This document shows positions 19,253-29,010 of a stretch of 64,000 nucleotides of DNA, in pieces. The notes below the pieces were generated by a model. The model was not told where the DNA came from. It did no database searches and saw only the letters and a list, made by a program, of their open reading frames with translations. The stretch comes from an uncultured Acidobacteriota bacterium (GTDB taxonomy: Bacteria; Acidobacteriota; Thermoanaerobaculia; Multivoradales; SZUA-115): NCBI GenBank assembly GCA_963805975.1, contig CAWDVR010000002.1, positions 96,001 through 160,000 of the forward strand, given 5' to 3'. The position numbers and the translations under genes are program-made. The stretch's first letter is position 1; each line of letters starts with the position of its first letter.

Positions 19253-21798
19253 TGCGCTTTTGGATCGCCGGTCAGCGTGAAGCCTGCCCAATAGTAAGGC
19301 GCCGAGGTTGACTCTTCGCGCAGCAGCTCGATCTGTGCGCCCCGCAATGCTTCGGCCACGGAGGAGCCGGCCTTCCAGCGGCGGTAGAAACGATTCATGA
19401 GCTTCTCGGTGGCGGCATCATCGGCGTTCCAGAGGCTCGAGACGACACCCGGCGAGCCGGCATACAGAAAGCCGCGCATCAGGCTCTCGATCTCGTCTCC
19501 TCGGCTCGGCTCTCCGGTCGCTGTCTGGCAGGCTGCCAGCACGACCAGGTTGACTCCGGAGAGATCGAGCCGCGAGTAGATCTCGTGCACTTCCAGGTTG
19601 CCGTCATACCCCGCACCGGTCGCCAACACGATGCGGCTGAAGCGCGGGCTCGCCGGCATGTATTCGCCGTGCGCCGCGAAATGCACGATGTCGACCGTGC
19701 CATCGAGCTTCGCCAGCGCGGCCTCGCTGGCGGCGGGGCCGAGGAGGACCTCGCCGGCGAGCAGCTTGCCCAGCCCCACGGCCTCGCGGCCCATACCAAC
19801 GGCGGCTTTATACTGCCGCTCCTCGCGCTCGGGTGCTCCCCACACCCGGGCCTTGCCCGTGAACGGCGATTCTTTCGCGCGCAGGAAGCGCAGGGCACTG
19901 GCGCTGGGAACGTAGGTGAGCGTGAAGTCCTCGATGAGATAGCGGCCGGTGGCGGGCTCTCTGAGCGCCGCGAAGGGAACGCTGTGCAGAGGCCCGTGAG
20001 GGATCAGGATCAGCTTGGAGTGGTGGACAAACGGTAGCAGCGGCTCGAAGAGCTGCTGATAGAGCTGGACGAGGCTCGACTGCTCGGCCATGCAGTGCTC
20101 CGGAACAGAGCCGCGCACCGCCATCGAAGCGGTTTCGACACGACAGGTGAGCGGCACGATCGGCCCGCTCGGCAGCGGCAGCACGAGCGGCTCGAACGAG
20201 TCCCGCTCCACCACCCAAGCATGGATACTTTGATCGGTGACGAAGAAACTGATGAGCGTGACGTCGGAGTCGAGCTGGGCTTGGAGCTGGTCGACATCCA
20301 CCGGCCGAGCGGTGACCAGAGAGCCGAGCTCTGCGTCCTCCAGAGCCGTGCGAGCGGTCAGCCCCTGGAATTGCCGCCGTTGGTCCAGCAGCTCCTTTTC
20401 CTTGGCCTCGCGCCCCGCCCCGGTGGCGCGGGCCAGCTCTTTCTCGAGATCGACCAGGCGCTGCCGGAAGACCGTCGATTCCGCGGTGCTTCTGAGCAGG
20501 CGAGCGGGATCACGGTCGGCCCCCACGGCCCGCAGGAGCGCGCGGGCACGGGCTTGTTCTGCGACCAGGAAGGCCTCGCGAGGCCGCTGCTCGAGCACCA
20601 GCATCTCGAGCAGGCTCTGGTACGCAACGCGGCCGGGGCCGGCATGGTAGGTGGCGAGCAGGTCGAGCGTGCTCATCGTGCCGGTGGCCTCCTCGAGACA
20701 GGCCACGGCGGCTGCGGCCGCGTCGATCGCTTCAGGGAAGCGGTGTTGATACCAGAGCGCCCGGCTGAGGCTCGCGAGGGAGGGCGCCGCGCTCTCAGCG
20801 CTGCCGGCTCGCAGAGAGCGCCTCACATCCAGGCCCCAGAGGCGAATCGCGTCCTCGAACCGCCCCTGTTGAAAAGCCCGCAAGGCCGCCAGCAGCTGGC
20901 CTCGGGGTGAGCCCGGATCGGCCTGCCGTCGGTGGGTGGCCAGAGACTCACCACGATAGGCACAGCGTCTTTGTACGGTGGCGTGGGCCGCAGTGATCGC
21001 CACTCGACCACCGGCGGCGGAAGGACTCTTGCCGGCAGCATGGATTTCGTCGAGCCGGGGATCGAGGCGGATCCCCTGGCGATGGAATGCGGCCACGCTG
21101 GCTGCCAGGCCTGCCGTGCTTCGCATGAGCAAGAGGTTCGCGGCGAAGCCCAACTCTTTGAGCCTCGCCGCAAGCTCACTCTGGGCTGAGTCCGCGGCGG
21201 TTTGGTGCCCGACCAAATGGTAGTAGAGCGTCAGGATCGCCAGCGACTGAAGCTCTAATTGGCGAGCGAGGACTCGTTCGAGCGGGTGGCGAGGCTGGAC
21301 CTGGCGGCTGAGCGCCTTCGTTTTCTCGAGGTCGTGAATGACCTGTTCGTAGCGCCCGGCTTCGGCATCGAGCACGGCCTGCTGGAAGAAACCTCCCGCC
21401 TGCCAGAGCACGCCGTCCGGACGGTCCGCCTCTCGCAGGAGGCTCTGATTCACGCTCTCGGCAGCCGACAGATAGCCCGCCATCTGTAGCAGAAAGACCC
21501 GCTGCAGGAGAACCGTGAGGTAGACTCTCCGGTCACCCGCCAGCCTGGCATAGCTCTGTGCCCGTTCATTGGCTGTCAGCGCGGCGCCGGTTCGGCCCTG
21601 CAATCTGCGGGTTTCCGCGCCGAGCAGAGAGTACGTGGCGAGGCCCAGGCCCAGCTGGCGCATCACCGACGGCGAAGCTCGAAACGTCGCGCGCCACAGG
21701 GTTTCCCACGCCGCCCAGGTCTGTAAGGAGGTCGCGGTCAGGAGCACCACGCCGAGTGCGAGGTGCCGCAAGGCTCTATTCGAGAGGAGTGTGGTCAT
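19240..21798 (-). CDS. Exported TPR-CHAT protease
   Basis: N-terminal hydrophobic segment; EQARAR; dyad DIVHFAAHG...LVVLAACQT; PYYWAGFTLTG. Confidence 0.88.
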   Translation of the reverse strand: MTTLLSNRALRHLALGVVLLTATSLQTWAAWETLWRATFRASPSVMRQLGLGLATYSLLGAETRRLQGRTGAALTANERAQSYARLAGDRRVYLTVLLQRVFLLQMAGYLSAAESVNQSLLREADRPDGVLWQAGGFFQQAVLDAEAGRYEQVIHDLEKTKALSRQVQPRHPLERVLARQLELQSLAILTLYYHLVGHQTAADSAQSELAARLKELGFAANLLLMRSTAGLAASVAAFHRQGIRLDPRLDEIHAAGKSPSAAGGRVAITAAHATVQRRCAYRGESLATHRRQADPGSPRGQLLAALRAFQQGRFEDAIRLWGLDVRRSLRAGSAESAAPSLASLSRALWYQHRFPEAIDAAAAAVACLEEATGTMSTLDLLATYHAGPGRVAYQSLLEMLVLEQRPREAFLVAEQARARALLRAVGADRDPARLLRSTAESTVFRQRLVDLEKELARATGAGREAKEKELLDQRRQFQGLTARTALEDAELGSLVTARPVDVDQLQAQLDSDVTLISFFVTDQSIHAWVVERDSFEPLVLPLPSGPIVPLTCRVETASMAVRGSVPEHCMAEQSSLVQLYQQLFEPLLPFVHHSKLILIPHGPLHSVPFAALREPATGRYLIEDFTLTYVPSASALRFLRAKESPFTGKARVWGAPEREERQYKAAVGMGREAVGLGKLLAGEVLLGPAASEAALAKLDGTVDIVHFAAHGEYMPASPRFSRIVLATGAGYDGNLEVHEIYSRLDLSGVNLVVLAACQTATGEPSRGDEIESLMRGFLYAGSPGVVSSLWNADDAATEKLMNRFYRRWKAGSSVAEALRGAQIELLREESTSAPYYWAGFTLTGDPKAQWGT

Positions 21799-24493
21799 CG
21801 CGCGCAGATCCTCGGAGACTCGCCCGGTGGCTCTTGGTTTCGATCCATCGTGCTTGCGGATCTCCGGCGAGGGTGTAGCCCGCCCAATAGAAAGGCGCGG
21901 CGAAGCGTTCCTGGGCGAGCAGCGACAGCTGCGCTCCGCGAAGCGCCTCCGCCACCGGCGCGCCCGCTTTCAGGCGGCGATAGAAAGCGGTCATGAGCTC
22001 CGCAGAAGCAACATCGTCAACGCTCCAGAGGGTCGAGATCACGCCCGGACTGCCGGCGTAGAGGAAGGCGCGTGTCAGGCCCACGATCTCGTCACCGCCG
22101 CTGTGCTCACCCAAAGCTGTTTCACAGGCGGAGAGGACAACCAGGTTGACGCCCGTCAGGTCGAGCTCGGAGTAGATCTCGTGTACCTCCAGGTTGCCGT
22201 CGTCTTTGCCGTCCCTGGAAGGAGAAAGTGCCAGGCGGCTGAACCCCGCGCTCCGCGGAAAGTAGAGGCCGTGCGCCGCGACATGGACGATGTCGACCTC
22301 GCCCTCCAGCTCTTTGAGCGCCGACTCGCTGGCGGCCATGCCGAGCAAGGGTTCGGTGCCCAGAAGCTCTGCCACCTCCTCGGCCTCGCGGCGGCTTCCC
22401 GCCAGCGGCGGCAACTCGGGGTCGGCAGGGATGGGCTCTCCGAGCACCAAGGCGCGGCCGGTGAATGGAGACTCCTTGTGGCGGAGGTACTGGAGAACGC
22501 TGGCGCTCGGGGCGTAGGTGAGCGTGAAGTCCTCGATCAGATAGCGGCCGGTGGCCGGATCCCGCAGCGCGGCGAAGGGAACGTAGTGCAGGACGCCGTG
22601 GGGAATGAGGATCAGCTTGGAGCTGTGCAGATGAGGCCGTAGCGGTGCAATGAGCTGTTGATAAAGACCCTCCGCATTCTGGTCCGCGGTGCTGCAGCCG
22701 GCGAGCGGCTCGCTGCCTCGAACGCTGTGCCTCACCGCGTCGGAGAAGCACAGCGGAGTGGAGACTTCGCCCTCGAACGGCGGCAGAGAGAACCAGCTGA
22801 AGGTGTCACGGTCGATCACCCAGGCATGGATGCGGAAATCCGTGACGAAGAAGCTGATCAGGGTGACACCCGGCTCGAGCGCGGCCTGCACTTGGGCCGC
22901 TTCCACAGGATGGGCCTTGACCACGGAGGCGAGCTCTGGGTCCAGGGCCACGGTTCGAGCACGCAGGCCTTCGTGGAGCTGGCGCAACTGGAGCAGCGTC
23001 GACTCCATGGCCCGTCGTTCGTCACCGATCGCCAAGGCCATCTGCCGCTCGGTTACAACGATGCGTGCGGCGAGCTGGTCCAGGTCCCGAGAGAATGAGC
23101 TCGCGTGGGAGCGTTGCTGCACGGGACGGGTGTTGCCCAGCGCCTGGAGCAGGGCTCGGGCCTTGGCCAGCTCGGCGACGGCGAAAGCCTCCCTCGTGCG
23201 CAGCTCCAGGCTCAACATCTCGAGCAGCGCGTGGTAGAAGAGACGCGTGACCCCACCACGGTAGGCCTGAATCGATTCCTGCCGCTGATTCAAGTCTCCA
23301 GCCACCTCGAAGCAGGCGACGGCGGAGGCCGCGCGCTCGATCGCTTCGTCGAACCGACCCTGCAGCCAAAGAGCAGCGCTCAGGCCGGAGAGGTGAATCC
23401 CGGCGAGCTGCGCGTCGCCCACTCGGAGCTCTTCCGCCAGCGCGATCTCCCAGGCCCGAATGGCTCCTGTACGGTCGCCCAGATGGTAGAGGATGGGAGC
23501 CCAAATCCCGGTGCGCCATGCCTTCGTGCGGTGGAACTGGCCCAGGCCGACCGCCAGCGTTTGGTCGCCGTTGGCGCAACGGCTCGCGCCTGGAATTCCT
23601 CCTGCGCTTTGCCGCAGAGTACCCGGCGCAGCTTGGGGGCCTTGTCGTTGCAACGAGCGATGGATTCCAGCAAAGTCCATCCTGAGCTTCTGCTTCTCGC
23701 CGAGCCATATCTGAAACGAGCCCAGCTTGCGGATGGCCTCGGCCGTCGTCGTTGCAAAAGGCAGATGATGCTCGTCGAGCATGCGCTCGAGCTCCCTGGC
23801 CGCACTCGAGCTGCCCCTTCCTGGGCCGAGCATGCTGTAGACAGAGGGCAGGAGCGTCGTCGCGGTCCATTCGGTCAGCGTGGCTATCAGCTGTTCGAGC
23901 AGGGCGCTCTGAGGCTCCCTGGCCAACATTCGTGATTGTTCGAGGTAGGCAATACCTTCCTCGTATCGCCCGTCCAAGGCCAGAATAAGACCCCGTTGGG
24001 CTTGCGCCACCGCGGTCATGGCTCGGTTGTTGCTACGCTCGGCAGCGGACATAATTTCTTCGTTGGTTTCGAGCGCGGCGTCAGGATATCCGAAGGCCAG
24101 TAGCAGCCTGGAGCGATGCATGAGAACGCTGGGGTAGGCCCAGGGGTGGAACGAGAGGCGGGCGAAGAGCAAGGCACGGTCGTTCTTCTCCAGGGCCGCG
24201 CTCGGGTTGCCGCGCATGGTTTCGAGCTCGGCGCTCCAGAGCAGCCGCGTCGTCTCCATCATGCTCAGGAAACGGTACCCGTATGCAGACTCCGCAGGGA
24301 TCACCAGCTCTTCGTCAGCGCCGTGATGCCATAGGCCGCGCATCGCCAGTCTGACGGACGCCGCCATCAGGGCGAGCTGCGCCAATGTCGCGCCGACGAG
24401 CAGTCCCGACAGCAAGACCTGGCGTAGCGGGTGGCTCCGTGGGCGGACGCTGCCGAGAGCTTTCGGCTCCTCGCTTCGAGGTCCCACTCTCAC
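21776..24493 (-). CDS. Exported TPR-CHAT protease (paralog of 19240-21798)
   Basis: N-terminal TM; ELAKAR; dyad DIVHVAAHG...LVVLSACET; PFYWAGYTLAG; GTGA overlap with the upstream gene. Confidence 0.88.
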   Translation of the reverse strand: MRVGPRSEEPKALGSVRPRSHPLRQVLLSGLLVGATLAQLALMAASVRLAMRGLWHHGADEELVIPAESAYGYRFLSMMETTRLLWSAELETMRGNPSAALEKNDRALLFARLSFHPWAYPSVLMHRSRLLLAFGYPDAALETNEEIMSAAERSNNRAMTAVAQAQRGLILALDGRYEEGIAYLEQSRMLAREPQSALLEQLIATLTEWTATTLLPSVYSMLGPGRGSSSAARELERMLDEHHLPFATTTAEAIRKLGSFQIWLGEKQKLRMDFAGIHRSLQRQGPQAAPGTLRQSAGGIPGASRCANGDQTLAVGLGQFHRTKAWRTGIWAPILYHLGDRTGAIRAWEIALAEELRVGDAQLAGIHLSGLSAALWLQGRFDEAIERAASAVACFEVAGDLNQRQESIQAYRGGVTRLFYHALLEMLSLELRTREAFAVAELAKARALLQALGNTRPVQQRSHASSFSRDLDQLAARIVVTERQMALAIGDERRAMESTLLQLRQLHEGLRARTVALDPELASVVKAHPVEAAQVQAALEPGVTLISFFVTDFRIHAWVIDRDTFSWFSLPPFEGEVSTPLCFSDAVRHSVRGSEPLAGCSTADQNAEGLYQQLIAPLRPHLHSSKLILIPHGVLHYVPFAALRDPATGRYLIEDFTLTYAPSASVLQYLRHKESPFTGRALVLGEPIPADPELPPLAGSRREAEEVAELLGTEPLLGMAASESALKELEGEVDIVHVAAHGLYFPRSAGFSRLALSPSRDGKDDGNLEVHEIYSELDLTGVNLVVLSACETALGEHSGGDEIVGLTRAFLYAGSPGVISTLWSVDDVASAELMTAFYRRLKAGAPVAEALRGAQLSLLAQERFAAPFYWAGYTLAGDPQARWIETKSHRASLRGSARDDHTPLE

Positions 24494-25194
24494 CCCACGT
24501 ACAGCGGCTGCTCGCGGCTGCTCTGGAAGCGGCCGAGGCGATCCTCGAACAGCGCTTCGATGGAGTAGGTGCCCGAGGGGGCCTTGGCCGGTATCGTGAC
24601 TTCCGAGCGCGTCTCGACGATGCCGCCGCCGCGCGGCACCACGAAGCTGTCGGGCCCGAGGGCATTCATGTACTGGCCGCCGTATTTGATGCCCGTGAAG
24701 GCTTCGATCTTGAGGTCTTCCTCGCGGTTCGGCCCGATCACCAGGTAGCGCACGTAGACCTTGGCCGTGCCGCCGGGTGCGACCCGGGCCGGCTCGAAGC
24801 GCACCTCCTCGACCGCGAGGATGTAGCCCTGGGAAGAGTCGTAGCTCAGGCGGGCCATGGCCTCGTCACGGCTGCCGTAGAGCATGTCCTGCCGGCGCCC
24901 GATGAGATATCCGGCGACCCCGCCGACCACGGCACCGGCGACCGCGCCCTTGACCGGGTCGTGCCCGAGAATGCGCGCCCGCAAGAGGCCACCGGCTGCC
25001 CCGAGCACCGCACCGGTGATGGCGGCCTTCTTCCGGCGCGGCTGCTGCCGCAGCCACGACTTGAGGGGATGGCTGGGCGCGCCGCTGGTTGCGCCCACCG
25101 TGCGGGGAACGCTGCCGCCGCCCGCAAGCGGCGAAGAGGCGCAGCCGGAGAGCTGGAGAGCACAAAGCAGGAGAGCGGTGATCCATTTCTTCAT
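24490..25194 (-). CDS. Glycine-zipper lipoprotein
   Basis: Lipobox MKKWITALLLCALQLSGC; GAVLGAAGG...GAVAGAVVGGVAGYLIG; Ig-like C-terminus. Confidence 0.82.
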   Translation of the reverse strand: MKKWITALLLCALQLSGCASSPLAGGGSVPRTVGATSGAPSHPLKSWLRQQPRRKKAAITGAVLGAAGGLLRARILGHDPVKGAVAGAVVGGVAGYLIGRRQDMLYGSRDEAMARLSYDSSQGYILAVEEVRFEPARVAPGGTAKVYVRYLVIGPNREEDLKIEAFTGIKYGGQYMNALGPDSFVVPRGGGIVETRSEVTIPAKAPSGTYSIEALFEDRLGRFQSSREQPLYVG

Positions 25195-25208
25195 GGGAAA
25201 CCTCGCTT

Positions 25209-26888
25209 TCAACGGTCGTCGTCATCGTCACGGTCGATTTCGGTCTGCTTCTTGCGCCGGGGATTGAGCAAGGTCGCATCGGTCTTGCTGCCGGCGCCCT
25301 GCCAGAGCTGTTTCATTCCCTCCTCCGCCGTGGCCACGAGCTCGCGCGCCCGCGCGGCGACGTCTGCGGGAGCCCCGGCCTCGGCGGCGAGTCGTTGCGC
25401 GAGCTGCTTGGCTTCGGGGTAGCTCGCGGCGGAGAGCAGCGCGTCGATCTCCGTCAGCCGGCGCTCCCAGGCTTGGCGCTCGGCCTGGGCTGCCGCCTGA
25501 GCCACCGACTGGGCATGCTGGGCGGCGGTGCGGCGCTCGATCTCTTGCTCGGTGATGCGGTTGCTGAGGAGCGACAGCGTGGCCATCTCGTCCACCAGGT
25601 CGGTGCGGTGCTGGTACGAGCGGTTCAACAGCTCCTGCACCTTCTGCCGGGCTTCCTCGAGCCGGCCTTCGTCACACCAGCGCTCCGCCTGGGCCGTACC
25701 CGCTGCGAGCTCGGCACGCAAACGCACCAGCGCTTGCTCGCGGATCGCCTGCGTCGGATCGGGACGAGGCGGCTCGCGATCGCGCCGCACGGGCGGCGGT
25801 GGCGGCTCGGGATGGGGTGCAGCGGGTGCCTGGATCGGTGCCGGGGGAGGTTCGACGATCACGTACTGGTTTGAGATGGTCGGCGATGGCGGATCTCGCT
25901 GCTGCCACCCGTCGAGCAGCTTCCCGAGTAGCGTCAGGGTCGTCAGGGCCAGGATGACGGCCCCCCAGACCGTCCGCGCTCTTCTAGGGCGGACATTCGG
26001 CTGCCCCCTGTCCCCGACCCGGTTGCCGGCGCTGCGCGCGTGCTCTCTCGGCAGCGCCGCCGGCTCGACAGCATGGAGCGCACGCTCGAACGCCGCGGCG
26101 CTCGAGAAACGCTCGCGCGGCTCCTTGCGCAGCGCCTTCGACAGAGCTGCGCAGACCACCGAGCTGGCGGCGAGCGTGCTCAGAACTTGTTCCGCCGGCC
26201 GCTCCAGATGCAGGCGCTGGATCTCGTAGTCGCTCTTGCCGTCGAACGGCGGCCGGCCCGCCAGCAGCTCGAAGAGCAGCACGCCGGCGCTGTAGATGTC
26301 GCTGCGATGGTCCAGGCTCTGCGGGCTCTTGATCTGCTCCGGGGACATGTAGACCGGGGTACCCACGGTCTGTGAGGTCTTGGTACGCCGCTCCTCGCCC
26401 ACCCGTAGCGCAATGCCGAAGTCGGTGAGCTTCGCCACTCCGGTGGCGCTCACCAGCACGTTGCCGGGCTTGACGTCCCGGTGGATGATGCCTTGCGAGT
26501 GCGCGTAGTCGAGGGCCGAGAGCACCTGCCCCAGGATGCGCAGTGCCTGGTCTTCCGGCAGGCCCCGGCCGCCCCGCTCCCGCAGCAGCTCCTCGAGACT
26601 GCGGCTGCCGAACAGCTCCATCACCAGGTACGCGACGCCCGCGACCTCGAGCACGTCGTGGACGGCGACGATGTGCGGATGCTGGAGCCGCGCCTGCGCC
26701 CGGGCTTCGGCGGCGAAGCGCTCGCGCAGCTCGCCGTCGCGGGTCAGCTCGAAAGGCAGAGCCTTGATCGCCACCTCGCGATGCAGCCGGTCGTCCACCG
26801 CGCGGTAGACGACTCCCATGCCGCCGCGGCCCAGCAGGCCGAGCACCCGGTAGGGGCCCAGCAGCGCGGGCAGAGGTGCGGGTGCCAT
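25209..26888 (-). CDS. Hanks-type Ser/Thr protein kinase with TM segment and helical extracytoplasmic domain
   Basis: LGRGGMGVVY, VAIK, HRDVKPGN, DFG, GTPVYMSPEQ, SDIYSAG; TM WGAVILALTTLTLLG. Confidence 0.95.
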   Translation of the reverse strand: MAPAPLPALLGPYRVLGLLGRGGMGVVYRAVDDRLHREVAIKALPFELTRDGELRERFAAEARAQARLQHPHIVAVHDVLEVAGVAYLVMELFGSRSLEELLRERGGRGLPEDQALRILGQVLSALDYAHSQGIIHRDVKPGNVLVSATGVAKLTDFGIALRVGEERRTKTSQTVGTPVYMSPEQIKSPQSLDHRSDIYSAGVLLFELLAGRPPFDGKSDYEIQRLHLERPAEQVLSTLAASSVVCAALSKALRKEPRERFSSAAAFERALHAVEPAALPREHARSAGNRVGDRGQPNVRPRRARTVWGAVILALTTLTLLGKLLDGWQQRDPPSPTISNQYVIVEPPPAPIQAPAAPHPEPPPPPVRRDREPPRPDPTQAIREQALVRLRAELAAGTAQAERWCDEGRLEEARQKVQELLNRSYQHRTDLVDEMATLSLLSNRITEQEIERRTAAQHAQSVAQAAAQAERQAWERRLTEIDALLSAASYPEAKQLAQRLAAEAGAPADVAARARELVATAEEGMKQLWQGAGSKTDATLLNPRRKKQTEIDRDDDDDR

Positions 26889-26890
26889 CG

Positions 26891-28252
26891 TCAAGGCTCC
26901 GCCGGCACCGGTGCGGGAGAGGACACGCCCGCACGGGCCAGAAAGCTCCGGATGGCACCCAAGGCGACCGCCTCGACGGTGCCGGCTCCATAGTCTTTCG
27001 TCGCCACCGATCGACCGGCCAGCGAGATCGTCCTCGCCGCCGCCAACCGGCTGCGCGTGAGGCCCACCAGCTCGCCACGCCGGTTGACCACCGGGCCACC
27101 CCCGCCGGCCACGGCAAAGGAGCGGTCGAGGGTCATTCCTACGGGCTGGCCGCCGGCATCCCGATCGAGGCGTGCCACGAAGGCCTTGATGAAGAGCGGG
27201 TCCGCCAGCGGGCCCGCGCGGGTGCCTGTCGGGCGCATGCCGGCGGCGCTCAGCAGAGGCTCGGCAACGGTCGATGGATACAGCAGGAGGCCCACGTCCT
27301 GCGCCACTTCGAGCGGCTCGCCGGCCGCCGCGACGGCAAGCGGGGTCGTCAGGCGCAACGGGATCTGCAGCAGCGCCAGATCGGCGTTGCTGGCGAGGGC
27401 ATAGACCGTGGCGGGAACCGGCTCCTGGCCCGGGAGCTGCACGGAGAGCGTATCGATGGCGGCCTTGAGCTTGCCGGAACCGGTGAGATCTTCCAGGGGA
27501 TGGCCGATGGCTTCACGCCAGGGTCGCGCCAGGTGAGCCGACGTCAGCACCAGGGTGGGCGCAATCAGCACGCCCGAGCCCCAGGCGGTCCCATTCTGGA
27601 TCGAGCCCGAGCCCGGCGTGACGAGGCTGTAGCGGCTCTCCACGCGTGCCACGGCGGCGCGAGCACGCCCTTCCACCTCCGTCCAGGCCGGTGCCGCGCC
27701 GCGCCCGAGTGACTGCACGCTCGCTCTCTGCGCTGTGCGCTCGGAAGCCCAGAAGCCGATCAGGCCGAGCGCACCGAGCAGCAGGAGCAGCCCGGTCGAG
27801 CCGGCGAGCAACGCTCGGTGCCGCGCTCGACGCCGGCGCGCCTGGTCGTCGTCGCTCAGGGCACCGCGCAGCTCCGCGCGCAGGGTCTCGCGACCGATCG
27901 CCGGCTTGGCGGCAACCTCGCCGGACATCAGCAGCACGCGCAGCTCCGGGCCACCGGCGGCAAGGCGAATGCGTGAGCCCTCCGGCACCGCCAGGCGCTC
28001 GAGAGGCGGGCACTTGGCTCCGTTCAAGAAGGTGCCGTTCGAGCTTTGCTGGTCTTCGAGCCAGAGCCGGCCTTGCTGGTAGAGCAAGCGCGCATGGAGC
28101 CCGCTCACCAGATCGTCCGCGAGGTCGTGAAACTTCACGTCGCAAGTGGCATTGCGGCCCAGCGTGAGGCTCTGCCCCTCGGCGAGCTTGAGTCGTTGAC
28201 TGTGGCTGGCGAGGGATCCGGATTGATGCCGGAGTTCGATCTCGACACTCAC
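26891..28252 (-). CDS. FHA domain - TM - trypsin-like domain (catalytic Ser absent)
   Basis: FHA LGRNATCDV...VSGLHA...SSNGTFLNG; TM; trypsin-like GSGVLI..VLTSAHL, DLALL, AGGGGPVVNRRGELVG; AAGGAG RBS and GTGA overlap. Confidence 0.85.
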   Translation of the reverse strand: MSVEIELRHQSGSLASHSQRLKLAEGQSLTLGRNATCDVKFHDLADDLVSGLHARLLYQQGRLWLEDQQSSNGTFLNGAKCPPLERLAVPEGSRIRLAAGGPELRVLLMSGEVAAKPAIGRETLRAELRGALSDDDQARRRRARHRALLAGSTGLLLLLGALGLIGFWASERTAQRASVQSLGRGAAPAWTEVEGRARAAVARVESRYSLVTPGSGSIQNGTAWGSGVLIAPTLVLTSAHLARPWREAIGHPLEDLTGSGKLKAAIDTLSVQLPGQEPVPATVYALASNADLALLQIPLRLTTPLAVAAAGEPLEVAQDVGLLLYPSTVAEPLLSAAGMRPTGTRAGPLADPLFIKAFVARLDRDAGGQPVGMTLDRSFAVAGGGGPVVNRRGELVGLTRSRLAAARTISLAGRSVATKDYGAGTVEAVALGAIRSFLARAGVSSPAPVPAEP

Positions 28253-29010
28253 TTGAGATCTCCTTGATCGGTCGGTTTGCGCCCACCGGATGGCATCGGC
28301 GGCAGTACCAGCAACACCAGCTCGGTGGAGCCACAACGGATCCAGTCCCGGTCCATGAGCTCGACCTGGTTGCCGGCGCCGAGTTCCTCGCCGTTGATCC
28401 AGGTGCCGTTGGTTGACATGCGGTCCGAGAGGTAGAAGCGTCCGTTGCGCGCCAGCAGCAAGGCGTGCTCGCTCGAAACCCGCGCGTCTTCGCGCAGGCA
28501 GATGTCGTTGGCGGGATGGGCGCCCAGAAAACTCTTGCCCTGCCGCACGCCGAAGAGGGCGCCGCCAGGTTTCAGCGCCGGAGCGGCCAGCACCGCCACC
28601 AGCTCACGCGCCGGCTCGCCCGCGACGGCTCTCGGGGCGACGGGATCGAGGCGCGTCGGCGGGCCGCCGGCACGAGCCTCTGCGAGAACCGGTGGAGCCG
28701 GGGCTTCCCGTGGCTCCGGCTCCACGCTACCGAGCCGGGTGCGACGGCCGGCTCCCGGCGGGGCCACCTCGAGACGTGTGCCGCGGGCCTCGGCGGCACC
28801 GGCGGCATGTTCCAGGCGCGTGTGCGCGGGGGCGGCCGGCGGCGCGGCTCCCAGGAGCGCGCAGTAGGGACAGGTCGCCCAGCTCGGATCGATGGGATGC
28901 CCGTTGGCACAGATCGGCTCGCCCGCATCCGCCACCAGGCTCGTGCCGCAGGACAAGCAGGCTCGCTCGCTCGCCGGGTTGAGCGTCTGGCAACGCGGGC
29001 AGCGGTTCAC
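28249..29010 (-). CDS. Zinc-ribbon + FHA domain protein
   Basis: CPRC..CLSC, CANGH..CPYC; FHA VSSEHA...MSTNGTWING. Confidence 0.88.
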   Translation of the reverse strand: MNRCPRCQTLNPASERACLSCGTSLVADAGEPICANGHPIDPSWATCPYCALLGAAPPAAPAHTRLEHAAGAAEARGTRLEVAPPGAGRRTRLGSVEPEPREAPAPPVLAEARAGGPPTRLDPVAPRAVAGEPARELVAVLAAPALKPGGALFGVRQGKSFLGAHPANDICLREDARVSSEHALLLARNGRFYLSDRMSTNGTWINGEELGAGNQVELMDRDWIRCGSTELVLLVLPPMPSGGRKPTDQGDLK

